Shown piece after piece: positions 38,868 to 49,703 of a stretch of DNA of 64,000 bases. The notes beneath the pieces were generated by a model. That model had not been told where the DNA came from and did not search any database. It was given only the letters and a program-made list of their open reading frames with translations. How positions within the stretch are numbered: position 1 is the stretch's first letter; each line of letters starts with the position of its first letter. Made by a program: the position numbers and the translations under genes. The DNA comes from Desulfomonilia bacterium (GTDB taxonomy: Bacteria; Desulfobacterota; Desulfomonilia; UBA1062): assembly GCA_963664325.2 (NCBI GenBank), contig CAXXDQ010000007.1:160001-224000 (forward strand), given 5' to 3'.

Positions 38868-39926
38868 TCAGCCACTCACAGCTCCCGGGAAATATTTTTT
38901 ACCAAGCTTCAAGGCTACCACCACAAGGCCTATCATTACAGGCACTTCGACAAGAGGCCCGATAACGGCCGCAAACGCCGCTCCATGGCTGATTCCGAAG
39001 GTTGCTATGGCCACGGCGATGGCCAGCTCGAAATTGTTGGACGCTGCTGTGAAGCTGAGTGTCGTGGCCTGGCCGTAAGTTGCATGAACCTTTCCGCTCA
39101 TGAAGAATGATATGAAAAACATCAGGACAAAATATATCAGCAGAGGGATTGCAATTCTCAGAACATCAAGCGGCAGGCTGATTATATACTGACCCTTGTA
39201 CGAAAACATCACGACAATTGTAAACAGCAGTGCAATGAGCGTTACCGGGCTGATTTTAGGTATGAACTTTTCATGATACCATTTCCTGTCTTTGATATGA
39301 ATCAGTGTGAACCTGGTAATCACGCCTGCAATGAACGGAATGCCGAGATAGATAAATACGCTTTTTGCAATCTGGGCTATGGTTATGCTGACCGCAACTC
39401 CTTTAAGTCCGAAGAATGTCGGCAGAACCGTTATGAAGATATAGGCATAGACCGAGAAAAACAGCACCTGGAAGATCGAATTGAAGGCTACTAGCCCGGC
39501 GCAGTATTCGCTGTCGCCATGAGCAAGGTCATTCCAGACAATGACCATTGCGATGCAGCGGGCAAGGCCGATCATGATGAGGCCTATCATGTACTCCGGT
39601 TTGTCGTGCAGGAAGATGACGGCCAGGGCGAACATCAGGACCGGTCCAATAATCCAGTTCTGAGCAAGTGAAAGACCGAGCACCCTAAAATTCCTGAATA
39701 CCTGGCCCATCTCCTCATAGCGCACCTTGGCCAGAGGCGGATACATCATGAGGATAAGACCGATGGCCAGCGGCAGGTTGGTTGTGCCAACATTGAAACG
39801 GTTCCAGAAAACGCTTACACCGGGGTATATATAACCCATGCCGACGCCCAGTGCCATGGCGACGAAAATCCATATTGTCAGATAACGGTCAAGAAACGAA
39901 AGCCTCTTTGAAATGTGCTCGCTCAT
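38868..39926 (-). CDS. acr3: ACR3 family arsenite efflux transporter
   Basis: [42 protein letters not shown]. Confidence 0.97.
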   Translation of the reverse strand: MSEHISKRLSFLDRYLTIWIFVAMALGVGMGYIYPGVSVFWNRFNVGTTNLPLAIGLILMMYPPLAKVRYEEMGQVFRNFRVLGLSLAQNWIIGPVLMFALAVIFLHDKPEYMIGLIMIGLARCIAMVIVWNDLAHGDSEYCAGLVAFNSIFQVLFFSVYAYIFITVLPTFFGLKGVAVSITIAQIAKSVFIYLGIPFIAGVITRFTLIHIKDRKWYHEKFIPKISPVTLIALLFTIVVMFSYKGQYIISLPLDVLRIAIPLLIYFVLMFFISFFMSGKVHATYGQATTLSFTAASNNFELAIAVAIATFGISHGAAFAAVIGPLVEVPVMIGLVVVALKLGKKYFPGAVSG

Positions 39927-39941
39927 GAATGATCTCCCCTT

Positions 39942-40622
39942 TTAAATTATCTTGATTGTGTACATCAGGGCATAATAGCCACCGACCAGAACGAAGATCG
40001 AACCTGTCGCATACCTGGCCCATTTTTCAAACTGTGTGATGCCTTTGAAAAAGACGCTTATGGATTTTATCCCGAATAAAATAAGAAACGCAAAAAATAT
40101 TACCGGAGCGCCGGTTCCCAGGCCGTACAGGGTCGGGAACACCAAGGGAGAGCGGGCAGCCAGCACGACCGTAATGAGGCTGCCGAAAAAGAGCGCGGCT
40201 GAAACCGGGCAGAAGGCCAGCGAGAAAATGAAGCCATGAAAAAAAGGTCCTGACACCGCGCCTGTACCTGCCAGTTTTATAAACCTTCCGGTATCGGACC
40301 CGGGCATATTGAAACCTATGAACCCGAGCAGGATTATGCCTGTTATAAACAAAATGAATCCTAAAACGGCATTCATGTATTTTTGCAGAAATTTGGCGAT
40401 ATCCGGCACGGATGACAGCCCTGATCTTAACAGCCCTCCGATCACCGCATAGGTGAAAATCAGGCCCAGGGTATATGCAATTCCTGATATGAAGACCCTT
40501 ATCTGGGATGATACAACCTTATCCGTATATGATATGGATGCAATATTCATAGCAAGAGGACAGTGGCTTACCGAGGTAAGAATACCCAGCCAGAGTGCTG
40601 TCCATAAATCCAGGGTGTTCAC
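39942..40622 (-). CDS. DsbD/CcdA-like membrane protein (ArsG-type)
   Basis: TSVSHCPLAMNI and LAFCPVSA Cys pair in TM helices; ars context. Confidence 0.8.
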   Translation of the reverse strand: MNTLDLWTALWLGILTSVSHCPLAMNIASISYTDKVVSSQIRVFISGIAYTLGLIFTYAVIGGLLRSGLSSVPDIAKFLQKYMNAVLGFILFITGIILLGFIGFNMPGSDTGRFIKLAGTGAVSGPFFHGFIFSLAFCPVSAALFFGSLITVVLAARSPLVFPTLYGLGTGAPVIFFAFLILFGIKSISVFFKGITQFEKWARYATGSIFVLVGGYYALMYTIKII

Positions 40623-40945
40623 TTGCCGCCTTTCATGAAATCGCCGGTTTCCTGTCTGATATAAGCCGGGTAGTCATTTTTGTCGCGCACTTTAATCCAT
40701 ATCCTGTCGGGGTTCTTCCATTTTATTTCCTTTCAGTTCTTTACCTCCGAGATAACAACGGACTTTAGGCCTTCAATGCCTCATCCGTGTACTCTTCCAT
40801 TTTGAGACAGGTCGGACATCTGCCTGTTGTGTGGAAACAGTATACAATGGATCTGCGGTCATATTATTTTGCTGTGCCGCACCGGTGCGGAAAGAGGCTG
40901 CCAGTATTAACAGTTTTGAAAGAAAAGGTGTTTTCATTTATTCAC
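40619..40945 (-). pseudogene. Disrupted thioredoxin-fold ArsF-type gene
   Basis: Fragments IVYCFHTTGRCPTCLKMEEY and KSVVISEVKN*KEIKWKNPDRIW...DFMKGGK with frame breaks, internal stops and an apparent internal deletion. Confidence 0.75.
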
Positions 40946-41184
40946 CTTGTTTCCCCTATCAGTTTTCTTATTTAATTCGTTTTCAATGCATTTCCTGAAC
41001 TCATCACTTTACCGTCGACCGTAAAGACGGGAGTAGACATGACACCGAAACCCATGATTTCCTTGATATCGGTTACCTTTAAAATTTCGGCCTCGATGCC
41101 GAGCTCTTTGACAGCCGATAACGTATTTTTCTTAAGCATCTGGCATTTGGGGCAGCCGGTACCCAGAACCTGTATCTTTTTCAT
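40942..41184 (-). pseudogene. Small redox-active disulfide protein (MTH895/ArsE-type) with premature TAA near the C-terminus
   Basis: KIQVLGTGCPKC...GVMSTP...VDGKV; frame continues *IRKLIGETR to a TGA overlapping the next GTG. Confidence 0.7.
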
Positions 41185-41186
41185 AT

Positions 41187-41510
41187 TCAATCCATCTTAT
41201 TTTTCATGATTGATTCCTGTTTTCTGTGCCTGTCCATGAGGACATTTTCAGCGCATCCTATCGCATCCAGTATGCAGGGCGTTTGAAGGTGATGCATGAC
41301 TCTCATCCCTTCACGTCTTTCACTTACGATGCCCGCCCTTTTGAGCTGTGCAAGATGCCGTGAAACGCTTGACTGGTCAACATCAACCAGGGTGTTCAGA
41401 TCGCAAACGCACATATCCCTCTGCCTGAGGGCATCTACAAGGATTATTCGAATGGGATGAGCCAGGGCCTTTAATATCTCCGATTTGATTTTTGCCTGAT
41501 CAACTGTCAT
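41187..41510 (-). CDS. arsR: ArsR/SmtB family repressor
   Basis: KALAHPIR, MCVCDL, QSSVSRHL; probable near-leaderless start at 41510. Confidence 0.93.
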   Translation of the reverse strand: MTVDQAKIKSEILKALAHPIRIILVDALRQRDMCVCDLNTLVDVDQSSVSRHLAQLKRAGIVSERREGMRVMHHLQTPCILDAIGCAENVLMDRHRKQESIMKNKMD

Positions 41511-41520
41511 ATATTGGGAA

Positions 41521-41538
41521 TATGCACATATATGCATA
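41521..41538. promoter_or_regulatory. ArsR operator overlapping the promoter
   Basis: Near-perfect palindrome TATGCACATATATGCATA between a minus-strand TTGACC and the arsR start. Confidence 0.7.
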
Positions 41539-41675
41539 AGGTCAAGACGCAATCGCTAATCGAATGATTTCGTTGACCCGAATCAATGACATTTAAAGGT
41601 CTGGCGGTGTATTCATTGTAATATTGAAACGGCGATATTATAAAAAATGAAAAGAACTCGGAAGGAGAAATTGTT

Positions 41676-42014
41676 ATGGAAGCAGAAAGCCTGGTAAAAC
41701 ACGCAACAGACAGCAACTTCGATTCATTTGTCAGGAAATCGGAAATCCCATCGCTTGTTGATTTCTGGGCGCCGTGGTGCGGTCCGTGCAGGGCAATAGC
41801 GCCTGTTCTTGAAGATCTCGCCAAGGATTACATGGGGAAAGTAAACATAGTTAAAGTCAATGTCGATGAGAATCCGAAGACAGCCCAGGAATATTCCGTC
41901 AGGAGCATCCCCATGCTGATGCTTATTGAGAAAGGCGAAGTCAGGGAAACAATGCTGGGCTTAAGGCCCAAAGAGCACCTTGCGGCAATGATTGATAGGG
42001 GTATGCCGAAATGA
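41676..42014 (+). CDS. trxA: Thioredoxin
   Basis: VDFWAPWCGPC, KVNVDEN, VRSIP. Confidence 0.97.
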   Translation: MEAESLVKHATDSNFDSFVRKSEIPSLVDFWAPWCGPCRAIAPVLEDLAKDYMGKVNIVKVNVDENPKTAQEYSVRSIPMLMLIEKGEVRETMLGLRPKEHLAAMIDRGMPK

Positions 42015-42172
42015 CCGAGACCCTTATTTTTATAGGCGTAACAGCTGCATGGTTTATCCTGCAGCTGTTCATCCTGCCCCGGTTCGGCATACAGACCTGA
42101 ATGAGCAGCGCCTGTCAGTTGGACAGGAAAGATGAAGACAGGAAGAGCAAAGGGCCTGCAAAAGAAGGATGA
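42011..42172 (+). CDS. Candidate 53-aa membrane selenoprotein MTETLIFIGVTAAWFILQLFILPRFGIQT-U-MSSACQLDRKDEDRKSKGPAKEG (29-aa peptide if TGA 42098-42100 is a stop)
   Basis: ATGA overlap with trxA stop; single TM helix; in-frame TGA followed by SECIS-like hairpin; U-x4-C. Confidence 0.65.
42111..42127 (+). other. Candidate SECIS element
   Basis: CCTGTC-AGTTG-GACAGG, perfect 6-bp stem; loop begins 16 nt after UGA and has G in position 2. Confidence 0.6.
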
Positions 42173-42206
42173 ACATAATGGATGTCGCATGGGGAATGCG
42201 TAATTA

Positions 42207-42233
42207 CAGGCTGCCCTCAACTGCGGCAGCCTG
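42207..42233 (+). terminator. Hairpin downstream of the trxA/micro-ORF pair
   Basis: CAGGCTGCC-N9-GGCAGCCTG; T-tract not adjacent. Confidence 0.45.
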
Positions 42234-42263
42234 ATCAGCCAAGTGGTTTTGATTTTATTTCTA

Positions 42264-42298
42264 TCTCCTGTCTCCTGACTCCTGTTTCCTGACTTCTC
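42264..42298. repeat. Heptamer tandem repeat, about 5 copies of (A/T)CTCCTG
   Basis: TCTCCTG TCTCCTG ACTCCTG TTTCCTG ACTTCTC. Confidence 0.7.
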
Positions 42299-42353
42299 AA
42301 TAATTGAACCTTTCTATTGAAAGCTCAGGCATTCTGTGGCTTCATCTCTGTTT

Positions 42354-42818
42354 ATGAATGCTCTCGATAAGATCGATAAAGACATATTAAGGCTTGCTCA
42401 GGGTAATCTGCCTATCTGTGAAGAACCTTTTGCCCTCTGGGCCAATGAGCTTGAAATCCCGCAGGAAGAACTTCTTGTCCGATTGAAAAGGCTTAAGGAA
42501 GCCGGCATCATCCGGGATTTCAAGGCGATCCTCAGGCATCAGAAGGCAGGGATCTCGGCTAATGCTTTGGTGACCTGGGCGGTTGAAGAAGCCAGGGCGG
42601 GAGAGGCTGGAATAGAGCTTGCCGGTTTTGACGTCATAACGCATTGCTATGAACGACCGGATTTCGGCAGGTATAATATCTTCACCATGATTCACGCTAA
42701 AACAAAAAAAGACCTGCTGAAGATGATAAAAGAGATCTCTGAGAAGACCGGCCTGACGGATTATGAAATCTACTGGAGCAAACAAGAATTCAAAAAATCA
42801 TCAATGCAATATTTTTAA
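42354..42818 (+). CDS. ahbB: Siroheme decarboxylase beta subunit (AhbB/NirH-like, Lrp/AsnC fold)
   Basis: LPICEEPF, AILRHQKAG..ANA, THCYERP, YNIFTMIHA, EFKKSSMQYF. Confidence 0.85.
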   Translation: MNALDKIDKDILRLAQGNLPICEEPFALWANELEIPQEELLVRLKRLKEAGIIRDFKAILRHQKAGISANALVTWAVEEARAGEAGIELAGFDVITHCYERPDFGRYNIFTMIHAKTKKDLLKMIKEISEKTGLTDYEIYWSKQEFKKSSMQYF

Positions 42819-42998
42819 ATACCGGAAAAAGGGATTCCGGGAAAAATCAGTTTGGCTGCACCGCCATAACCATAAAAATTATTTTTCCCAGACATTGACC
42901 TTATTACTGTCAGTATTAATATTATAATTGTTAATGAGCCACAGGAACGTCAAAACTGCGATGCCATGAGGAACTGTTCTTCGGGAAGGGGGAAAAGG

Positions 42999-45900
42999 AT
43001 GAGATCCTGGCTGTCGGGTTTGCGTTTTCGCTTCATGCTGCTCGTTGTCATAGCCATGATACCGGTAACTCTGCTCATGTTTATCCATATCCTGAATGAC
43101 AGGGATGAAAATATTTCAAACATCAAAAAAGACGGGATCAAGACAGGAAGCCTTTGCGCCTCAAACTCTGCCAGTGTTGTAGAGGGATGCAGGCAGCTGC
43201 TTACATCACTCGCATATTCGAATCCGTTCATGGTTCAGGATCTTCAGATTGAAACCGAACTGCTTCAAAATATCAAGAAAACAACACCGGATTATCTGAT
43301 GATAGGCATATGCAGCCCGGAGGGCCTTGTCGTTACGAGCTCTGTCCCGACTGGCATGGCTGTATATGCCAATGACCGCCAATGGTTTAAGAGGTTGCAG
43401 GCTTCAAGGGATTTTGCGGTGGGCGATTATCAGGTCGGCAGGATAACGGGAAAGCCGGGAATAACGTTCGGCTTTCCGATCAAAGGAAAGCCTGGCGAAA
43501 AGCGGTCTGCTTCGGTTTATGCCACACTTGATCTTGATGTCATAAGTGCCATGTTCAAAAAGGTAATTCTCCCCGAAGGCTGTTTGGTCAACCTGATTGA
43601 CAGAAACGGCACCATTATCGTCAGCAACCCTGACAACAGGAATATCATCGGCAAACCGAGTAAAGGCATGATGGAATTCAGGAAGGCAGGCAAAAGGCAG
43701 GGGGAATATCTGGAGGTCGTCGGGTCAGACGGCGTGAAAAGGCTTTACACATTCACATATGTACCCGGAAGCGATGACGGATTATATGTCGGAATTGGCC
43801 TGTCTTTGGAACAGATATACGCCAGCACCCGCAAGGAAATGGTCGAAGGGTTTATGTGGCTCGGTTTGTCAATAGCGATTGCTTTTGCATTAGTATGGCT
43901 TATCACTGGAGTTTCTATCATCAGGCATGTCCGGTACCTTGTCAATGCGGCCAGAATGCTTGCAGGCGGAGAAAAAAAAGTAAGGGTTGAGCTTAAAGGC
44001 GGTACAAAGGAACTGAAAGAGCTGTCCGTGTCATTTAACGATATGGCTGACTCGCTTGAAAACTACAGCAGGAATCTCGAAATGCTGGTTGCCGAAAGGA
44101 CCGCAGCACTTGAGAAAGCCAACAGAACACTTTTTGAAAGTGAAGAGCTTTTCAGGATGTCATTCGAAAACGCCAGCATCGGGAAATCCCTGACAAGGCC
44201 CGATGGAAGTCTAGCAAGGGTCAATCAGGCCATGTGCGACATGCTGGGCTATACACGTGAAGAGCTTCAAAACATAAACTTTGCTGACATCACACACCCC
44301 GACGACATCGTTTCGAACAAAGAAGCTATCGACAGCCTTTTTTCTGGAAAAATCCCTGCCATCCGCTTGGAAAAACGGTATATCGGCAAAAATGGACAGA
44401 TTGTCTGGGCCGAACTTTCTTCCGTTCTGCTGTGCGACAAGGAAAACAAACCGCTTTATCTGATCACGCATATTATTGACATAACTGATCGCAAGCGGGC
44501 GGAGAGGGAATTGCAGGATCGTGATGAACGGTACAGGAAGTTATCCTCCCATGTCCCGGGTATGATCTATGAGTTTATGAAGAAAACTGACGGTACCTAC
44601 TGCGTACCGTTCACTACAGAAGCCATCAGGGATATTTTTGGCTGCTCACCGCAAGATGTGCGTGATGATTTTTCTCCCATAGCCAGAGTGATACTGCCCG
44701 AGGACTTGGATAAAGTGATCGGCTCTATTGAATATTCGGCCGAGCGCCTGACCACCTTCCTCTGCGAATACCGGGTGCAGATCCCGGGAAAAACGATCAG
44801 ATGGATGCTGGGCCATTCAACACCTGAAAAATTACCTGATGGCAGCGTTATCTGGTACGGATTCAATACCGACATCACAGAGCGGAAGTTATCGGAAGAG
44901 GCCCTGAAAATCTCGGAAGAAAACTACCGCACTATCTTCGATGCGGCGAACGACGCAATTTTCCTGCATGACCCTGATAGCGGAAGGATCCTGGATGCCA
45001 ACAAAAAAGTCTGCGAGATGTATTCCATCACCCGTGAGGAGGCATTAGGGCTTGATATAGAAGCAATAAGCGAAGGGCAGCCGCCTTACTCGCATGAGGA
45101 AGCCGTAAAAAAAATACGCGCAGCTCTTCTGGAGGGTCCTCAACTGTTTGAATGGAAGGCTAAAGATGCATCCGGAAGAATATTCTGGGTGGAAGTAAAC
45201 CTCAAATTTACGGTTCTGGCTGGAAAGAAAACAGTAATGGCTATTGTGCGCGATATTTCCGAACGGAAAAAGGCCGAGGACGAAAGACGGAATCTTGAAA
45301 TAAGGCTGAACCAGTCTCAGAAATTCGAAAGCCTTGGCATTCTTGCGGGCGGAATAGCGCATGACTTCAACAACATACTTATGGCCATACTTGGAAATTC
45401 CGAGTTGGGGCTTATGAATATTCCCGATGATTCGCCCGCCCGTCCCAGGTTTGAAGAGATTAATGCAGCATCAATCAGGGCCTCGGAGATATGCAAACAG
45501 ATGCTCGCTTATTCGGGCAAGGGCCGCTTTATTATCCAGATAATAGACCTGACTGAAGTGATCGAGGAGATGAGGCACATGATCGAGGTGTCAGTGAGCG
45601 GAAAGGTCCGACTGGATTACAGGCTTCAAAAGGGCCTTCCCCGATAGAAGCTGATCTTCTGCAGATCCATCAGGTCATCATGAACCTGATCATCAATGCC
45701 TCAGAATCGACAGGCGAGAAGGGAGGGACGATCAATATTACGACAGGTCTAATGGAATGCGGCAGGGAATATCTGAATGATGCCCAAGCGGAAACCGACT
45801 TAAAGGAAGGCGACTACGTGTTTCTTGAGATCACGGACACCGGATGCGGAATGGACAAGGCCACATTGTCAAAGATTTTCGACCCGTTTTTCTCTACAAA

Positions 45901-46489
45901 ATTCACGGGCCGGGGACTGGGCCTGGCTGCGGTGCACGGGATAGTACGCGGCCATAAAGGCTTCATGAAGGTTTACAGCGAGCCGGGCCATGGCACCACA
46001 TTCAAGGTGCTGTTCCCGGCAGCCAGGTACTCGGTCGTTGAAGATTCATCCCTGAGAGCGGCAGCCCAGAAAAAGGAAGAGGAAATTTTCAAAGGGAGTG
46101 ACACGATCCTGCTTGTTGATGATGAGGAACCGATAAGGACGCTCGGCAGGACCATGCTCGAAAGAATGGGATTCAGCGTGTTTTCTGCCGCCAACGGGAT
46201 TGAGGCCGTTGAAATTTTCCGCAAGTACAAAAATCAGATAGCCTGTATCATCCTTGACCTTACGATGCCGCATATGGACGGCGATGAGACATTCAGGAAA
46301 ATGCGGTTTATAAGGCCGGATATACCGATAATCATGAGCAGCGGCTATAATGAACAGGATGTTGTCAACCGCTTTTTGGGCAAAGGCATGTCGGGCTTTA
46401 TCCAGAAGCCATACCACCTCAGCACCTTGGCGGAGGCGTTGAAAAAAGTTATCACCGGCAGCAAGTCTGGTGACGAAGAAAAAAGATGA
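42999..46489 (+). pseudogene. Cache/HAMP/3xPAS hybrid histidine kinase split by a 1-nt frameshift at 45639-45643
   Basis: ORF1 ends RLQKGLPR*; the shifted frame continues IEADLLQIHQVIMNL, matching the neighbour RLAKELPSIEADVSQIQQIIMNL. Confidence 0.9.
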
Positions 46490-46569
46490 ATGCCCGATGG
46501 TAAAGAGATACAACTGCAACAGATCGCATGAATCTGAAGGCGAGAGCCAGGGAAAGGAACAAAGGAAAA

Positions 46570-49500
46570 ATGGAAAATAATAAAAACTCAAAGGAAAAAT
46601 CAGATAAGAAATTCAGATATATCCTTACTACAATATTCGTCCTGCTCGTAATCGGTATTAGTATTACCGGCTGGCTTTATATGGTAGGGCTGAGGGATGA
46701 TGAGGCCCACAGGCTGAATCAGGATTTGAAGGCTATTTCCGAGCTCAAGGTGCAGCAGATTTTGAACTGGCGCAAAGAAAGGCTGGGAGATGCAAATTTA
46801 ATATCCAGCTCTAAATCAATAGCCGATGCCGTAAAGTCTTATCTGTCGAATCCATACTCCACTCAGGCCCAGGAGGAAATGCTCGACTGGATGACAGTCA
46901 TGCAGAAAAGCAATAACTATAAGGCTCTCATTCTATATGACCTGAATTTCAAACCCCGCATCTCGGTTCCTTCAAAACCCGATACGGCCGACAAGTCTAT
47001 AAGGAACATCATTACTGACACATTAAATTCAGGAAAGCCAACCATATCGGACCTTCACTTCAATGATTCAGGAAAAATCGTCATCGACCTTGTAGCGCCT
47101 GTTTACAACCCGTATTCAAAATTGTCAGACGGCGGCGGCACCCCGGTTGCAGCCATGCTGTTTGAAATTGACCCTTACACTTTTTTATACCCCCTGATAC
47201 AGTCCTGGCCTACAACGAGCAGGACCGCCGAGAGCCTGCTTGTTGAAATGAAAGGCAATAATGTTTTTTATCTTAATGAACTCAGGCATATAAAAGGGAC
47301 GGCACTCAGGTTTGAAAAACCCCTTGATGAACCCAGACTGCCGGCGGCCATGGCGTTGAGAGAGATCAAAGAAGTTACAGAAGGTATTGATTACCGCGGT
47401 GTTCCAGTAATAGCGGCTTCAAAGTCAATCTCAGGCACCCCCTGGATAATAATAGCGAAAGAGGACAAGTCGGAAATTTATAAACCGCTGTACAGAAGGC
47501 TTGTCATGACAGGCATAATAATTGTCATCGTCCTGATTGCATCAATGCTTGTTATGGGTGTTATCTGGTCACAGTACAAAGCTAATATACTCAAACAGAA
47601 CATCAAGGAACGCGAGCGGACGGAGTCGGTCCTGCGGGAATCGGAAACAAAGTTCCACCTGCTGGCTGATTTTACACAAGACTGGGATTACTGGATTGAT
47701 AACGATAACCGCTTTGTCTATACTTCGCCGTCTTGTGAACGGATAACCGGTTATACCCCGGAAGAGCTCATTCAAAATCCCGCATTGCTGATCGACATGG
47801 TCCATCCTTACGACCAGGAAAAAATGGCCGGTCATGTGAAGGATAATCACAGGTCCGATCGGATAAGCGAAATTGAGATCAGGATCATACATAAAGACGG
47901 TTCAATCAAGTGGATGGAACACCACTGCAAACCGATATATAATGCAGAGTCGGTCAATATCGGCAGGCGGGCCAGCAACCGTGACATAACCGACCGCAAA
48001 CAGACCGAGGAATTGCTTGAACGGGAGCGTGAGCTGTATATCGACCTTGTAAACACCCAGCCTGCCGGGATATACAGGCTCAGGGTTTTTCCGCCCGAGA
48101 AATGGGAAAACGACGCATGGAACAGCTCCAGGACGGCGCCCTATTTAATTGAGATGGTAAACAAAAATTTCTGCGACATTCTGGGCATCGACCAGGAGGT
48201 TTTCAAGGCTAATCCCGGCATAATTTTGGATCTGGTCCATAGCGAAGACAAAGCAGAATTCACAAGAAAAAATGAAGAGGCAAATGTCAGGCTGGCACCG
48301 TTTTTATGGGAGGGCAGACTTAATATCGAAGGCAAGACCATATGGGTTCATTTTGAGTCCATCCTGAGACAGGTTGAAAACGGAGACGTGCTCTGGACAG
48401 GCGTCCTTTATGACATCACCGGGAGAATACATCAGGAGGAAGAGCGCAGAAAGATCGAAGAGGGACTTCAACAGACGCAGAGGCTTGAAAGCCTGGGTGT
48501 ACTTGCAGGCGGCATCGCGCATGATTTCAACAATATTCTGACGGCCATTCTCGGCAATGCAGAGCTTGCGCTGATGGACATGTCCGAATCCGCTCCCTCA
48601 AGGCCCAGGCTCGAGGCCATAAACAAAGCCTCGCTGAGGGCGGCCGGCCTCTGCAGGCAGATGCTTGCATACTCGGGGAAGGGGCGCTTTGTAATCAGGC
48701 CGGTTGACCTTTCGGAGGTCGTGGAAGAAATGAGCCGCATGCTTGAGGTCTCCATATCCAAGAAGACCATTTTGAACTTCAGGCTGGCAAAGGAGCTGCC
48801 TTCGATAGAGGCCGATGTTTCCCAGATTCAGCAGATTATCATGAACCTCATTATAAATGCATCCGAGGCCATAGGAGAGGAAAATAACGGGGTGATCTAC
48901 ATTGCGACAGGTCTTATCGAATGCGACAGGAAATACCTCCAGGAGGCGCAGCTGACAAAAGACCTCGAAGAGGGGTATTATGTATACCTTGAAGTAGCGG
49001 ATACCGGCTGCGGAATGGACAGGGAAACAATTGCAAGGATATTCGACCCGTTTTTCTCGACCAAATTTACGGGCAGGGGGCTTGGCCTGTCAGCGGTGCA
49101 GGGAATCGTCCGCGGCCACAAGGGCGCCATGAAGATTTACAGCGAACCCGGCAAAGGCACCACATTCAAAGTGCTGTTTCCCATGACCGATACCCTGCCC
49201 GAATCAATATCCGGGGAGCAAACGGAAGAAAAATACTGGAAAAGCAGCGGCACTGTCTTGCTGGTTGATGACGAAGAGCCCATAAGGATTCTAGGAAGGA
49301 TTCTGCTTGAACGCATGGGCTTTGATGTCCTGACCGCTTCCAACGGGAAAGAGGCCCTTGAAGTGTTTTCAGCCAACAAGGATAAAATACGGTGTATCAT
49401 CCTCGACCTTACCATGCCGCATATGGATGGAGAGCAGACATTCCGTGAATTGCGCCTTATGGAACCCGGTATACCGGTAATCATGAGCAGCGGTTACAAC

Positions 49501-49608
49501 GAGCAGGATGTTGTACAGCGCTTCCTGGGTAAAGGGATTTCCGGTTTTATCCAGAAGCCTTACCGCATAAACAGCCTGATGGAAACCCTGAGGAAAGTAC
49601 TTCGATGA
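46570..49608 (+). CDS. Membrane PAS hybrid histidine kinase (HisKA-HATPase-REC)
   Basis: Two TMs, PAS domains, AHDFNN, FDPFFSTK, REC LVDDE/LDLTMP. Confidence 0.95.
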   Translation: MENNKNSKEKSDKKFRYILTTIFVLLVIGISITGWLYMVGLRDDEAHRLNQDLKAISELKVQQILNWRKERLGDANLISSSKSIADAVKSYLSNPYSTQAQEEMLDWMTVMQKSNNYKALILYDLNFKPRISVPSKPDTADKSIRNIITDTLNSGKPTISDLHFNDSGKIVIDLVAPVYNPYSKLSDGGGTPVAAMLFEIDPYTFLYPLIQSWPTTSRTAESLLVEMKGNNVFYLNELRHIKGTALRFEKPLDEPRLPAAMALREIKEVTEGIDYRGVPVIAASKSISGTPWIIIAKEDKSEIYKPLYRRLVMTGIIIVIVLIASMLVMGVIWSQYKANILKQNIKERERTESVLRESETKFHLLADFTQDWDYWIDNDNRFVYTSPSCERITGYTPEELIQNPALLIDMVHPYDQEKMAGHVKDNHRSDRISEIEIRIIHKDGSIKWMEHHCKPIYNAESVNIGRRASNRDITDRKQTEELLERERELYIDLVNTQPAGIYRLRVFPPEKWENDAWNSSRTAPYLIEMVNKNFCDILGIDQEVFKANPGIILDLVHSEDKAEFTRKNEEANVRLAPFLWEGRLNIEGKTIWVHFESILRQVENGDVLWTGVLYDITGRIHQEEERRKIEEGLQQTQRLESLGVLAGGIAHDFNNILTAILGNAELALMDMSESAPSRPRLEAINKASLRAAGLCRQMLAYSGKGRFVIRPVDLSEVVEEMSRMLEVSISKKTILNFRLAKELPSIEADVSQIQQIIMNLIINASEAIGEENNGVIYIATGLIECDRKYLQEAQLTKDLEEGYYVYLEVADTGCGMDRETIARIFDPFFSTKFTGRGLGLSAVQGIVRGHKGAMKIYSEPGKGTTFKVLFPMTDTLPESISGEQTEEKYWKSSGTVLLVDDEEPIRILGRILLERMGFDVLTASNGKEALEVFSANKDKIRCIILDLTMPHMDGEQTFRELRLMEPGIPVIMSSGYNEQDVVQRFLGKGISGFIQKPYRINSLMETLRKVLR

Positions 49609-49703
49609 AAAACAGGGACAAAGATGAATGTCCGGTATCCGATCTTACCCGGGAACCGGCTACTTATTGCCCGGGCATTCGGAAAGGCGGGTAGGCCAGA
49701 GCA

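Noticed and set aside
40733-40735. In-frame TGA in the ArsF-type remnant as possible selenocysteine
   Set aside because: Not at a Cys-equivalent position, no evident hairpin, and the gene has other lesions.
42354-42818. Lrp/AsnC transcription factor call
   Set aside because: Motifs (HCYERP, FTMIHA, EFKKSSM) fit siroheme decarboxylase AhbB better.
45645-45647. TAG in the first hybrid kinase as possible pyrrolysine/amber readthrough
   Set aside because: Homology continues in a different frame, so it is a frameshift, not readthrough.
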